A stretch of DNA of 53,933 nucleotides from Chrysochromulina tobinii (taxonomy: Eukaryota): positions 1 to 53,933 of the forward strand of contig JWZX01003251.1 in assembly GCA_001275005.1 (NCBI GenBank). The letters run 5' to 3'. This document shows, in pieces, positions 19,101-27,751 of this stretch. Made by a program: the position numbers and the translations under genes. The notes beneath the pieces were generated by a model. The model saw only the letters and a program-made list of their open reading frames with translations, made no database searches and was not told where the DNA came from. Each line of letters begins with the position of its first letter. Position 1 is the stretch's first letter.

Positions 19101-22100
19101 TTGAGGCGCTGGAAGGCGAGCTTGCTCGCTAGGGACGGGTCGAGCATCGCCGCGTTGTCCTTCTCGATGAGCGGATCGTACCGATCCCATGGCAACGTCG
19201 CCGCCCGCGGCAGCAGCGGCGGCTCGCCGTCATTCTCGACACCGAAACGTTCCGAGCCCGACGAGCTTGGCTTCTTGGACGACGACGGGCGCGCCGCCGG
19301 CGGCTTCTTCGGTGCGCTCATCGGCTGCGGCGCCGGACGGTACTGGCTGAACCCGGGCTTCCACAGGGGGTAACGGCTTTTCGTCTCAATCCAGAGCTCA
19401 AGGATCTCGTCCTTTGTCAGGTCCCGTGGCCAGATCCACGCCTGTGCGAGCAGCCCCGCCCCCTTGCTCGACGTGACGAGCCGGCGGATCTGCACACTCG
19501 CGTCCATCTCGGTGCTCACATACGTGGCGGGGCGCTTTGGCTCGGGCAAAAGAGCGCGTGCCGGCTGTGGCGCCCCCTTAGTGTCGATCGAATGGTACCC
19601 GATCCAGAACTGCGATTCTCGGCCGTCGTTGGTGACCACAAGCAGGCACCAGTTGTCGCCGGCGAGGCGTGGGTCGAAGTCAGTCGCGCAGAAGACGTTG
19701 TCGACGAGTGCGCCGAGTTGGTTGTTGCGCACGAGCGCGGGCATGTTGCGAGTCTCTCCGAAGAAAAGGAGTTGGTCCGAGAGAGATTCAATCGGCCGCC
19801 ATTTGATCCAGTATGCGAACGTGTAGCAGAGCGTGTCCTTAGTGGGCATGTACGCGAGCGCAGTCGACATGAGCCGCATCGTCGTCCCGCCATTGCCGGC
19901 AGCGTGCATCCCCGCATCATTCCCTGATGAGAGCGTCGTCGGTTGCTGATTCAAGTGAGAGGCGACGGGGGCGGCATCGGCTCTTTGTTTGCTCGCTTTC
20001 TCACTTGTATCGGCCGAGTCGGCAGGCACATTTACCGGCCTGGGCGCGCGTACCCCCGCCGTCGTTCCCACGACGTCGCGCAACGCCAAGCGGCTCCACC
20101 GGTTCGACTTGGCGTTGATCGGCTTGGCGGGATCCTCGCCTGCAGCTGCCTCGGCCGCCTCTGGAACCGCCATAGAGTCAAGCGACGCCTTGCGGCTCCG
20201 GCTCGGCTCGGCTTGATCCTCGCCTGCAACTGCATATCTGTAAAGGGCGGGGGTGCTCATGAGACTTGCCTCGACCGCCTCCGGGACCGGAATCGACGGT
20301 GCCGTGGGTTGCAGTGGCCGCGCTCCTGTTGGCTGCGGTTGACTGCCGGATTCCATATCGGGCGTCTTCGAACATGAGGAGGAGGCGTTCGACCCCTCGC
20401 GTGATGCGTTCGCGTTCGGCGATGGCGTGCGACGGCTCCTCGCGTTCGGCGGCTCATCGGGTGGGCTGGGCGGCGGCGTGGGCTCACTCCCACTTGTTGA
20501 TGTGGGCCATCCAGGCACGACTGGTACCGGGCCACGTCCCGCCACCACGTCCCGCCAGCCGGGCTCGAAGAGCGACGGCGGCTCACGCACGCCCGACTGG
20601 CTGAGCGGGTTGTCCTCTGCCATGCTCGCCATGCTCGGCTCTATCGACTCGCCATCTTCGTAGGGTGATGTCCACTGCGTCTTGGTACTGCCGTCCTCCG
20701 TGCAGTAGTAGTAAGTTCGCCCATCCGGGGCAGTCGCCTCAGACCATTGCGGAGAGAGCCCGTACTTGCTGCGAGACGATGAGGATGCCGTGGCACGCAA
20801 CGCACACCCAGCAGATCCACCGCGTGTAGAGCAAGCCCCGACTCCAGCGCCAGCATCATTAGTTGTGTCGTCCTCTCGAGGGCTCGGGAGCGTGCTTTCC
20901 ATCTTGCTCCCCTTTTTCCGAATCCCGAGACTCTCGGGCGGTCGGATGGCGATGCGCAACATGACGACGCCCACTGGCACCTCCACTCTGGAGATGTCCT
21001 CCTCCTCCTCCTCCTCCTTAGTGTCCTCGAGCTCCTCGTCAATGGGCCCCACTTTACTCAGGCTCATACGTCTCAGACTGGCCCAGCCACTGCCAGTGGC
21101 ACTGGGTGAGAGGCTCACGACGCTCCCGACGCTCGAGCGTGCGAGCTGTGGAGGAGCCTTGTGGGGTGGAGGCAGCGCCTTGGGCGCAGGTGAGCCCTTG
21201 GGCGCCATCTCCTCAAAGCCCATCAAGTCAAATGCCATGTCCATCTCGCACGTGCCGTTATTGTTGGGCTTGCCGTCGCGCAGCAACTCCTTGAGGCTGA
21301 TCTTGGTGATGCCGATGAACCCTTTGAGTTGGGCCGTGCCCTTACGGTCCGTGATGTACCACTTGCGTCCTTGCTTGTTGGCCACGATCAGCTTGATGGT
21401 CACGTCGGAGCTCGATGGGTCGACATCTTCGAGGATCTGCGTGAGCTCGAGAGTCTCGGCCTCGCTGTTTTCGGTGCGGTACCGGCGCTCGATTTGATCG
21501 TGAGCACGCCCCTTGAAAGTGCTGAAGCCCTTCCTGAGCGGGTACGGCTCCGAAAGGTGCTCGGGAGGGTTGTCGCCAGGGATCATGCTCTCGACGAGAA
21601 CGAGCGCATCGCCGGCTGCAAACTCGGGGCCCATGGCGGCGAGGATCTTCAAGCCTATCTCGTTGAGGCGCGAGCTCTTAATCTCAAGGCGCACCTCACC
21701 TCGCTCGAGCTCCCGCTCCTTTTCGTTCTCGGCGCGCCGAATGTCGTGGATCAGCATCAGGTTCGTCATTCGGAGCCAGCTGCGCAGATTCTTTGGGCGT
21801 GTCGTCTTCACGAGATGCTTCGAACGCGCCTGGAGCATCGACTGCATCGTCGGGTTGTTTTCCTTGAGCGTGATCCATTGGTCCTTCATACCCTGGTACC
21901 ACTCATCGTAGCTCTGCCGCATGTTGCCCACGTATTGCGTCTGCTGCGGCAGCACGCCCCCCGGCGTGACCGCCTGCTTCACGTTCAGGTCCCAGTAAAA
22001 CACACCGTCGTCGTCCTTGATGGCCACCTGCTTGCCCAGGGGCTGATGCGTGACGGCGTCCATGATCCACTCGTTGTTGACGCGGTCCATCTTACCGATG

Positions 22101-22651
22101 AGCTCGGCGTCGTCCTGAGCTTGCAGCGACGCGTCGATGAACAGCGTGTGCGGTGGCTTGAATGTGAACTCAGGCATCTGGTAATGTGGGCCAACAAAGA
22201 ACGCGGGGTAGCGCCACGCGTTGACCGCTGCCATCCAGCCCTCCACAGGGTCGCGCTGCCCATCAAAGTAATCATCGTTGAAACGCGGACGCGACTGGAG
22301 AAAGTCTTTTCGCTGCTCGCGCAAGCCTTTGTCCTGAATGAGGTGCATCGGATGCTGCGAACCGCCGTGCACGGTGAGAGACATGGCCGGTATCTCCAGC
22401 TCCCACACCTTGATCGCATTGAGCATCCACAAGCTGTTCTGTCCCTTGGGATTCGTTTCATGATTCGGGTCCGTCTCTGGCACCCAGTACATTGGGTGAG
22501 GCATGTCCTTGATGGCCTCGGTTGGAGGATTCTCGTAGTCGAGGGCATTTGCACGGAGCTCTGCAATGAGCTGCGCCTTGAGCGACTTGAAGCGCTTGGT
22601 GTTCTGCGACTCGAACGAGGACTGGAACTCTTCGACCTCTTCGACCGACAT
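16187..22651 (-). CDS. 2154-aa multidomain protein: split TRPM-type SLOG, C2-like, WW, LamG-like and two SLATT 2-TM domains
   Basis: Uninterrupted ORF. SLOG motifs WELEIPAMSLTVHGGS and IGAIFMHGS...SPFLLLESTGGIA; WW motif WSEATAPDGRTYYY...TQWTSP; SLATT motifs ASHELVSEIYKFRTRSMEY and LNIDDYMQFRARP. Confidence 0.85.
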   Translation of the reverse strand: MSVEEVEEFQSSFESQNTKRFKSLKAQLIAELRANALDYENPPTEAIKDMPHPMYWVPETDPNHETNPKGQNSLWMLNAIKVWELEIPAMSLTVHGGSQHPMHLIQDKGLREQRKDFLQSRPRFNDDYFDGQRDPVEGWMAAVNAWRYPAFFVGPHYQMPEFTFKPPHTLFIDASLQAQDDAELIGKMDRVNNEWIMDAVTHQPLGKQVAIKDDDGVFYWDLNVKQAVTPGGVLPQQTQYVGNMRQSYDEWYQGMKDQWITLKENNPTMQSMLQARSKHLVKTTRPKNLRSWLRMTNLMLIHDIRRAENEKERELERGEVRLEIKSSRLNEIGLKILAAMGPEFAAGDALVLVESMIPGDNPPEHLSEPYPLRKGFSTFKGRAHDQIERRYRTENSEAETLELTQILEDVDPSSSDVTIKLIVANKQGRKWYITDRKGTAQLKGFIGITKISLKELLRDGKPNNNGTCEMDMAFDLMGFEEMAPKGSPAPKALPPPHKAPPQLARSSVGSVVSLSPSATGSGWASLRRMSLSKVGPIDEELEDTKEEEEEEDISRVEVPVGVVMLRIAIRPPESLGIRKKGSKMESTLPSPREDDTTNDAGAGVGACSTRGGSAGCALRATASSSSRSKYGLSPQWSEATAPDGRTYYYCTEDGSTKTQWTSPYEDGESIEPSMASMAEDNPLSQSGVREPPSLFEPGWRDVVAGRGPVPVVPGWPTSTSGSEPTPPPSPPDEPPNARSRRTPSPNANASREGSNASSSCSKTPDMESGSQPQPTGARPLQPTAPSIPVPEAVEASLMSTPALYRYAVAGEDQAEPSRSRKASLDSMAVPEAAEAAAGEDPAKPINAKSNRWSRLALRDVVGTTAGVRAPRPVNVPADSADTSEKASKQRADAAPVASHLNQQPTTLSSGNDAGMHAAGNGGTTMRLMSTALAYMPTKDTLCYTFAYWIKWRPIESLSDQLLFFGETRNMPALVRNNQLGALVDNVFCATDFDPRLAGDNWCLLVVTNDGRESQFWIGYHSIDTKGAPQPARALLPEPKRPATYVSTEMDASVQIRRLVTSSKGAGLLAQAWIWPRDLTKDEILELWIETKSRYPLWKPGFSQYRPAPQPMSAPKKPPAARPSSSKKPSSSGSERFGVENDGEPPLLPRAATLPWDRYDPLIEKDNAAMLDPSLASKLAFQRLKNVFSVLIDYATFSQVFLVIDKNQNSSPTAELMIEIALRGNTGLNPKVVVMDSRPRLERAAAMLQALIECKFLIDQELAYKKLDAPEEQKVTEYKLTSIDYATPRADLRRLVTPAGLAWLRASAQELDQTVQLIDSHPNHPGMCKRVIEIFREYQYDVDLQPDRRPIIGRIWRIFYDAQLFASGTNYIIFDSVDFKAKPIISVLGTIGAIFMHGSTAEHRKIVDFIQEGSPFLLLESTGGIAQAFSYIIKAVRLMKPKWDIDFVMRLITEYKQRAARNVRKERMTKENRKLALDNIILLDKELARVDLLLSAGEHSEHWMRSFGLPEALMLFEIWQRSPDFVMKQFQTADVMKRSAESLLDLFTNCFSSAGSPPELGLGNAEIKVVATAWSRHLVLFNNAEVYNLRSWTMQCILYVFGLLTTLLSVISQIPALSNIWILDAGMLVLPIFVALLGTISSRLRQRQKFSVAKMASHELVSEIYKFRTRSMEYDGQKLAQAMRATQEGPADKKKKSDDEPVAPISAKVKDKLARTIFVQRVQLIYSSTESELSKGASVSHRTGIGGALPGGLDASRLLVDEVDGDAQRKTLEALQRHVASRIYFVTLREWALTAEVVRKEKDLANAASGNATRRYLRRTYSGLTGTVAGVVVSTAGAVVLSVGRISECLSGLVWTRIIIERQVDEEEAATSLKGAGSKDLDNQIHSSEGQTASGGKRAERLVRQMKRWASKTALAPDVLREGLHVAADVLRDGLHVAATALSVEDGGRGGGGHGEKALITALPRGERLETRYLEEDGTGQAAAAPGADVEQGGGAVRVKDDMMTSLNIDDYMQFRARPILAYIEKTAPWRSFELQCLEVAIFVVSSLSAVMVGLRQELAPYVALTVAVGFVCKSAIEFTRLDKQVETFNKSQRELHNLLNQWDGMTRTERRTRSTIKQVVGTVETAMLNVAMALTDGMLTGAGGGGDGEEEEAS

Positions 22652-22971
22652 GGTAAGGAGCGGTCGGCCTGCGCCTCGGATCGCTGCTGCCCCGCGCTAA
22701 GCCCTGCGCCACGTGCACGAAGCGCGCGGCGGCGCGCTGAGCGCACGACGGGTGGTTGGCCTGTTTGCGAACCCGCTACGCCCGTTAGCGAGAAAATTGC
22801 ATGCCATCTCTTCCACGCACCCTCACACACCAACCCCGTTTCTCAGCGGGGTTGTAGACTCACTGAGCTCTGGGGTGTGTCTGATAACTGTCTGATGACG
22901 GCTGATGACAATCGAGAGTGGGCGTGAAGCTTTTGAGCGAGCGCTTCTTCGGAAGGCTCACGCCGGGGAGG

Positions 22972-25900
22972 ATGGTTGGCACTCCGTTGCACATGGACAC
23001 GTCACTGCCGCGCACGATGGCGCGCATCCGCCGCTTGGTGCGCGAGAACCCCAACGATCGCGAGCTACAGCGGCTCCTGCACACCCTCCTCACTTCGATG
23101 TCATCTGAGCGCGTCGACGAGGGCGAGGTCAACAGCGTGCTCGCTCAGATGGAGCAGCGCAAGAGTCGTCAATCTCTCGAACCGCAAAAGTCGCCGCCAC
23201 TCACGGGCTGCCTAAATGGCCTTCGAGCGCTCGGCGACAGCCGTGAAGGCAGGGCCGTTGCCTCGCCACTTCGCTTGGTACCGGGGCAGGCTTTGACACC
23301 CAGCCCCGGCTTTGGCACCCACTCCGCGACCATCACGCCCGCGCAGCCGCGCCGTGCCAACTGCCACCCCTTCGAGGAGGACACTTCGGGGACGATCGCC
23401 CGTGCTGCAGCTGCCATCGCCACCGCTGAGCGTCAGCAGAGGGCGTACGCAGACGAGGTACACACTCTTCACGGTCGACACGGCGACACCTCGTCGGCCT
23501 TTGCGCCTTTACCCTCACTCGCGCCTGCTGCTCCAGCTCCTCCGGCGTCTGCCGGCGCCTCGCCGCTCACGACGGCGCCTCTAGCGCTCACGACGGCGCC
23601 TCTAGAGCCTTCGCGGTCGCAGCCCACGTGCGCATCTCTCCGGCGGCTCACCGGTACCGCCCCGACCAGCAGCGCATGCGTCCCGACCAGCAGTGCATGC
23701 GCCCCGATCAGCAGGGGAAGCGAGCCGTCAGTTGGGCCGTCAGTTGGATCGGCAGTTGGCTCGCCAGAGAGCCAGAGTGTCTGCGCGCACTTTGCCTCTG
23801 GCGGCGGCGACGACGGCGATAGTGGCGGAGGCGGCAGCGCCGAGCTCGGCACAGCAGCGCCGGAGGAGGCCGCCAGCCTCACCCTATTCGAGCCCGGTGC
23901 GGCGCTCAGCGGCGGCTACTGGTCAGCACAGCGCCATGAGCAGTCGCTCGAGGTGATGCGCCGTCGGCAAGAGCAAGCGCTGACGGCGCTCCGCCAGAAG
24001 AGCTTCCGCGACGCGCGACAGGCGCAGGCGCAGCATGAGTACGCGATCGCCCAATTGCGCCGCCAATCGGAGGAGCAGTTGGGCGCCGCGGCCGAGGCGA
24101 GGCGGGCCGAGGCGAAGCGCGTCGACGGGCTCGCTCAGAAGCTCGGCGAGGTGCAGGCGAGATTGAGGCGGCTCGAGGCGCAGCAGCCGTTGGCCGTTGT
24201 CGGCGGCAGCAGTGCCCGCTGGAGCGGCGAGAGTGTGGATGTGAAAGGTGCCTCCGCCGGCGACGTGCCGGGGCTTGAGGGAGAGCTAGCGGCGGAGCTG
24301 CGCGCGATGGCCCATTCACACCGTATCGAGCTCGGAGCCAAGGAGAAGGCCGCCGCCGCCGTCCTCGAGCGCGAGGTGGCGCATCGGGAGCGTGCCCTCG
24401 CGAGCCTCGAGGCGGGCTTCGCCGAGGAGCGGGCGGAGCTCGAGGGGAGATCGACGAAACTCGGGGCTCGTGTCAAGGAGCTCGAGGCCCAACAGCAAAA
24501 GGCGCTCGAGGCGTTCAAATCGCGCGCCGAGGTGGCCGAGAGGGCGCTCGAGGCTGAGCGATCTGAGCGGCGCGCGCTCGAAGAGAACTTCAGCGCGGCG
24601 CAGCGGCAGTGGAAGGCGGGGCAGGCGGAGGAGGCGCAGCGGCGCCAGCGGGAGGATGACGCGCTCGTGGACGATGTGATGACGCGCAGGCGGCAAGAGA
24701 TGCTGGCCGAGGCGCGCAAGCAGGCGCGCTCGGAGCTGTGGGAAGAGGCGCGACGATCGGCCAAGGAGGAGCTCGAGGGTGCGAGATTGGAGCTCGAGGC
24801 GGAGATGCTCGCAAGGCGGTCGCTCTACCGCGAGAATGAGGAGGCGCGCGCGGCGGCGGAGGCACGCACCGAGGCGGCCGAGGCGGCGGCGTCGCGTGCC
24901 AAGGCGGCTGCGAGGGAGGAGGGCTTCGCGGAGGGGCGCGAGGCAGCGTGGCGCGAGGCGCGCATGATCGCTCGGCTCGAGATGGAGGAGGAGATGAAGC
25001 GCGCGGGGGCCGAGCAGGCTGTGGCGGCCGAGGTGAAGCTGCGTGAGCTCGAGCAGGCACGTACCCAGGTGCATCTCCAGCTCGCCGAGGCTGAGAGGGC
25101 GATGTCGATCGCGGTTCAGGATGCAAGGGAGGAGGCGATCGCGCAGACGCGGGCGAAGGCGTATGAGGAGGCGAGGGAGCAAGTTCAGGCCGAGTGGGCA
25201 GGGCAGCAAGGAGGCGCGCAACAAGGTTGGCCCTCCGCCGAGGGCGCCGGCGTGGGCGGCGCCGGCATGGAACCCTCAAGCCCAAGCGCGCCTGCGACCC
25301 CAGAAGGGTCCCATGCTGGTGGCTTGACCGGCCCCGCGCCCAGCCCTGGGCCAAGCCCTGGCTTCGGCTCGAGCCGCATGCTGGACGCGGTGAGTCGTCT
25401 CGCCGAGAGCGAGCAGCGCGCGTGGGTGTCGGAGGTGGAGAGGACGGTGCAGCAGCGCCAGATGCTCAGCAAGGCTCAGGAGGTCTCGCAGGCGATCGGC
25501 GCTGAGATGCGTCGCGCCAGGGAAGCCATCATCGCCGAGTATGGTCCTGGTATCTTCGACAGCGCAGCCGCCTCCGGGGCCGTGGCAGATCTTCCCACAC
25601 GAGCCCTCGGCCTCCTCGCCGCCGCCGCCGCGCCCGCGGCCCGCAACGCCGACGAGCTGCAGCTGGAGCATTCCTCGGAGGTGATGGAGGAGCTCATTAA
25701 GGCGAAGGGCAAGCTCCGGCAGCGAGATGAGGCCCTGCGCGAACGAGATCTCGAGCTCGCCGAATTGCGAGCGCAATTAGAGGGCCTGCGGCTCAAGGCG
25801 GCGCGTGCGGAGCGCAAGGCGTATGCCCACGAGGTACAGGTGGCGATGCGCGACCAGAGCGCCGCCGCTACCACCACCACCGCCACCGCCGCTACCACCA

Positions 25901-27279
25901 CCACCGCCACCGCTCCCGCCGCCGCCGCCGCCACCGCTCCCGCCAGCCCCGCCGTCGGCGGGTTTGCCATCGCCGCCTCTCCCTCCGCGGGACCAGAAGC
26001 GGCGCGTTTTGGGTACCCTAGCCTCCCGGCGCCACCCCCTGCCTACCCAGAGCCTACGCCTGACACCGAGCCGCTCGATGCGCCGCTGAGCTCTGGGGTT
26101 GGCGAGGTGCAGTCGGCCGCGCCGCCGCCCGCTGCTGAGGACCCTTACGGGTACGCGACGACCAGGGCGGCCGCAGAGGCCGTGTTTGCCGACGGGTACG
26201 CCGAGGCCGAGGGTGGTGCTAGTGGGGACGCCGTGCCGGGCGTGTCGGATGGCTTGGCCGGGCTGGGTGAGCCACCCTCTGAGCTCCCGCCCGTGCCTGT
26301 TGTGAAGCCGCGGCTGCCGCCGCCGCCCCCGCAGGTGGTGGCGGCACGCGGCGAGTTCCCAGCCCCTGGCTTTTTCTGCGCCCCCGCATCGGATGCTCCT
26401 TACGCCGCCACAGCGCCCCTTACCCCGGCTGCCGCTAGCGCCCTGGCCGCGCCGCCCTCACCGCCTCTGCCCGAGCAATCACCATCGCAGAAGGTCTCCG
26501 ACTCCCCCCCTGGCTCCTCGGCCGCCCCGACCGGCTCCTCGGCCGCCCCGACCGGCTCCTCGGCCGCCCTGACCGGCTCCTCGGCCGCCCCATCCGGCTC
26601 GTCGGCCGCCCCGACCGGCTCCTCGGCCGCCCCATCCGGCTCGTCGGCCGCCCCGAAACCCGGGAGCTCCGGCCCCACTGCGGCGACGCGGCCAGCCGCG
26701 CAGAAGCCCTCTCCCAAACAGTCCAAGCCGGACGGCGGACTCAGAGCGGCCATCGAGGCAGGCGCGTGGATGGCCGAGGTGCTCGGCATAGCGCCTCCCC
26801 CCGAAGCGGCCGACGTGGAGGGGCACCATGCGCTGCTGCATGCCTGGCTACGCTCGGGCGAGCTCCTGTGCGAGCTCATCAACAAGCTGCAGCCCGGCAC
26901 AATCTCGCGCGTCTCCTCGAGCGCCATGCCCTTTAAGCAGATGGAGAACATCTCGAACTACATCGAGGCATGCGCGGCGCTCGGCGTGCCCAACCAGGAC
27001 TGCTTTCGATCCGTCGACCTTTTCGAGGGCAAGGACCTGCGCGCGGTCGTGCGCAACATCCATTCGCTCGGACGCGTCGCGCAGCGCCTCGAGGGCTTCC
27101 ACGGGCCCACCCTCGGCGCCAAGCTCGCTGAGAAGAATGAGCGCTCCTTTACCGAGCAGCAGCTCAGCGAGGCGAAGGCGATGCCCGCGCGCTGGTCCAA
27201 CGTTGGAAAATCGATGCCGTCCGCGGACGCGCCAGTCCAGCCGCGGCCACAGGCGGCCGGCATGCGGCGCGGGCCTTGA
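22972..27279 (+). CDS. Long coiled-coil protein with a C-terminal calponin-homology (transgelin/calponin-type) domain
   Basis: LRSGELLCELINKLQPG...PFKQMENISNYIEAC...GVP...FRSVDLFEGKDL...VVRNIHSLG and GPTLGAKLAEKNERSFTEQQL. First ATG at 22972; an upstream exon is possible. Confidence 0.82.
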   Translation: MVGTPLHMDTSLPRTMARIRRLVRENPNDRELQRLLHTLLTSMSSERVDEGEVNSVLAQMEQRKSRQSLEPQKSPPLTGCLNGLRALGDSREGRAVASPLRLVPGQALTPSPGFGTHSATITPAQPRRANCHPFEEDTSGTIARAAAAIATAERQQRAYADEVHTLHGRHGDTSSAFAPLPSLAPAAPAPPASAGASPLTTAPLALTTAPLEPSRSQPTCASLRRLTGTAPTSSACVPTSSACAPISRGSEPSVGPSVGSAVGSPESQSVCAHFASGGGDDGDSGGGGSAELGTAAPEEAASLTLFEPGAALSGGYWSAQRHEQSLEVMRRRQEQALTALRQKSFRDARQAQAQHEYAIAQLRRQSEEQLGAAAEARRAEAKRVDGLAQKLGEVQARLRRLEAQQPLAVVGGSSARWSGESVDVKGASAGDVPGLEGELAAELRAMAHSHRIELGAKEKAAAAVLEREVAHRERALASLEAGFAEERAELEGRSTKLGARVKELEAQQQKALEAFKSRAEVAERALEAERSERRALEENFSAAQRQWKAGQAEEAQRRQREDDALVDDVMTRRRQEMLAEARKQARSELWEEARRSAKEELEGARLELEAEMLARRSLYRENEEARAAAEARTEAAEAAASRAKAAAREEGFAEGREAAWREARMIARLEMEEEMKRAGAEQAVAAEVKLRELEQARTQVHLQLAEAERAMSIAVQDAREEAIAQTRAKAYEEAREQVQAEWAGQQGGAQQGWPSAEGAGVGGAGMEPSSPSAPATPEGSHAGGLTGPAPSPGPSPGFGSSRMLDAVSRLAESEQRAWVSEVERTVQQRQMLSKAQEVSQAIGAEMRRAREAIIAEYGPGIFDSAAASGAVADLPTRALGLLAAAAAPAARNADELQLEHSSEVMEELIKAKGKLRQRDEALRERDLELAELRAQLEGLRLKAARAERKAYAHEVQVAMRDQSAAATTTTATAATTTTATAPAAAAATAPASPAVGGFAIAASPSAGPEAARFGYPSLPAPPPAYPEPTPDTEPLDAPLSSGVGEVQSAAPPPAAEDPYGYATTRAAAEAVFADGYAEAEGGASGDAVPGVSDGLAGLGEPPSELPPVPVVKPRLPPPPPQVVAARGEFPAPGFFCAPASDAPYAATAPLTPAAASALAAPPSPPLPEQSPSQKVSDSPPGSSAAPTGSSAAPTGSSAALTGSSAAPSGSSAAPTGSSAAPSGSSAAPKPGSSGPTAATRPAAQKPSPKQSKPDGGLRAAIEAGAWMAEVLGIAPPPEAADVEGHHALLHAWLRSGELLCELINKLQPGTISRVSSSAMPFKQMENISNYIEACAALGVPNQDCFRSVDLFEGKDLRAVVRNIHSLGRVAQRLEGFHGPTLGAKLAEKNERSFTEQQLSEAKAMPARWSNVGKSMPSADAPVQPRPQAAGMRRGP
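26512..26655 (+). repeat. 21-bp coding tandem repeat (GSSAAPT x7)
   Basis: GGCTCCTCGGCCGCCCCGACC units with variants. Confidence 0.95.
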
Positions 27280-27632
27280 GCGCCGGTACTCGTTGTACCC
27301 CATACATACAAGCACGACCACGGCACAGAACCGAACCGTTCGCTTCGTGACAGTGTACCGTGTTTACCTAGACGGGCTAGATAATATTATTAGAACGTAA
27401 AAGCCCGACCCGACCGCTTTCGGCTTTCGACCGGACCGGCGAACGTCTACGTGATACGAAAGTCAAAGTGCCGGCAGCCGATCGCACCATGCAATTAATT
27501 GAATCGTCAATCGTTCACGCCCGCGGGGGTCTGCGAGCCGTCAAGCGTCAACCCGTCCTAGGGGAGACATGGGCCCGCGCGGGCGGGCGGGCGCGCGCAG
27601 GCTCGAGTGCGGAGTGCGAGTCGCACGAAGTC

Positions 27633-27658
27633 GAACTGAACTGAACTGAACTGAACTG
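27633..27658 (+). repeat. (GAACT)5 microsatellite upstream of a CDS
   Basis: gaactgaactgaactgaactgaactg. Confidence 0.9.
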
Positions 27659-27751
27659 CAGAGTCGGACGGCTCACTTGACTTCTTTCCAAAAGAAGAAA
27701 GTGTGCCTTCGATGGCAGTTTCGATTACTTCTTGTTCTGGACGACTCTCAG

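Noticed and set aside
27367..27562. Possible MITE with CCTAGACGGG / CCCGTCCTAGG ends
   Set aside because: Only ~10 bp with an indel, no target-site duplication and no second copy in the window.
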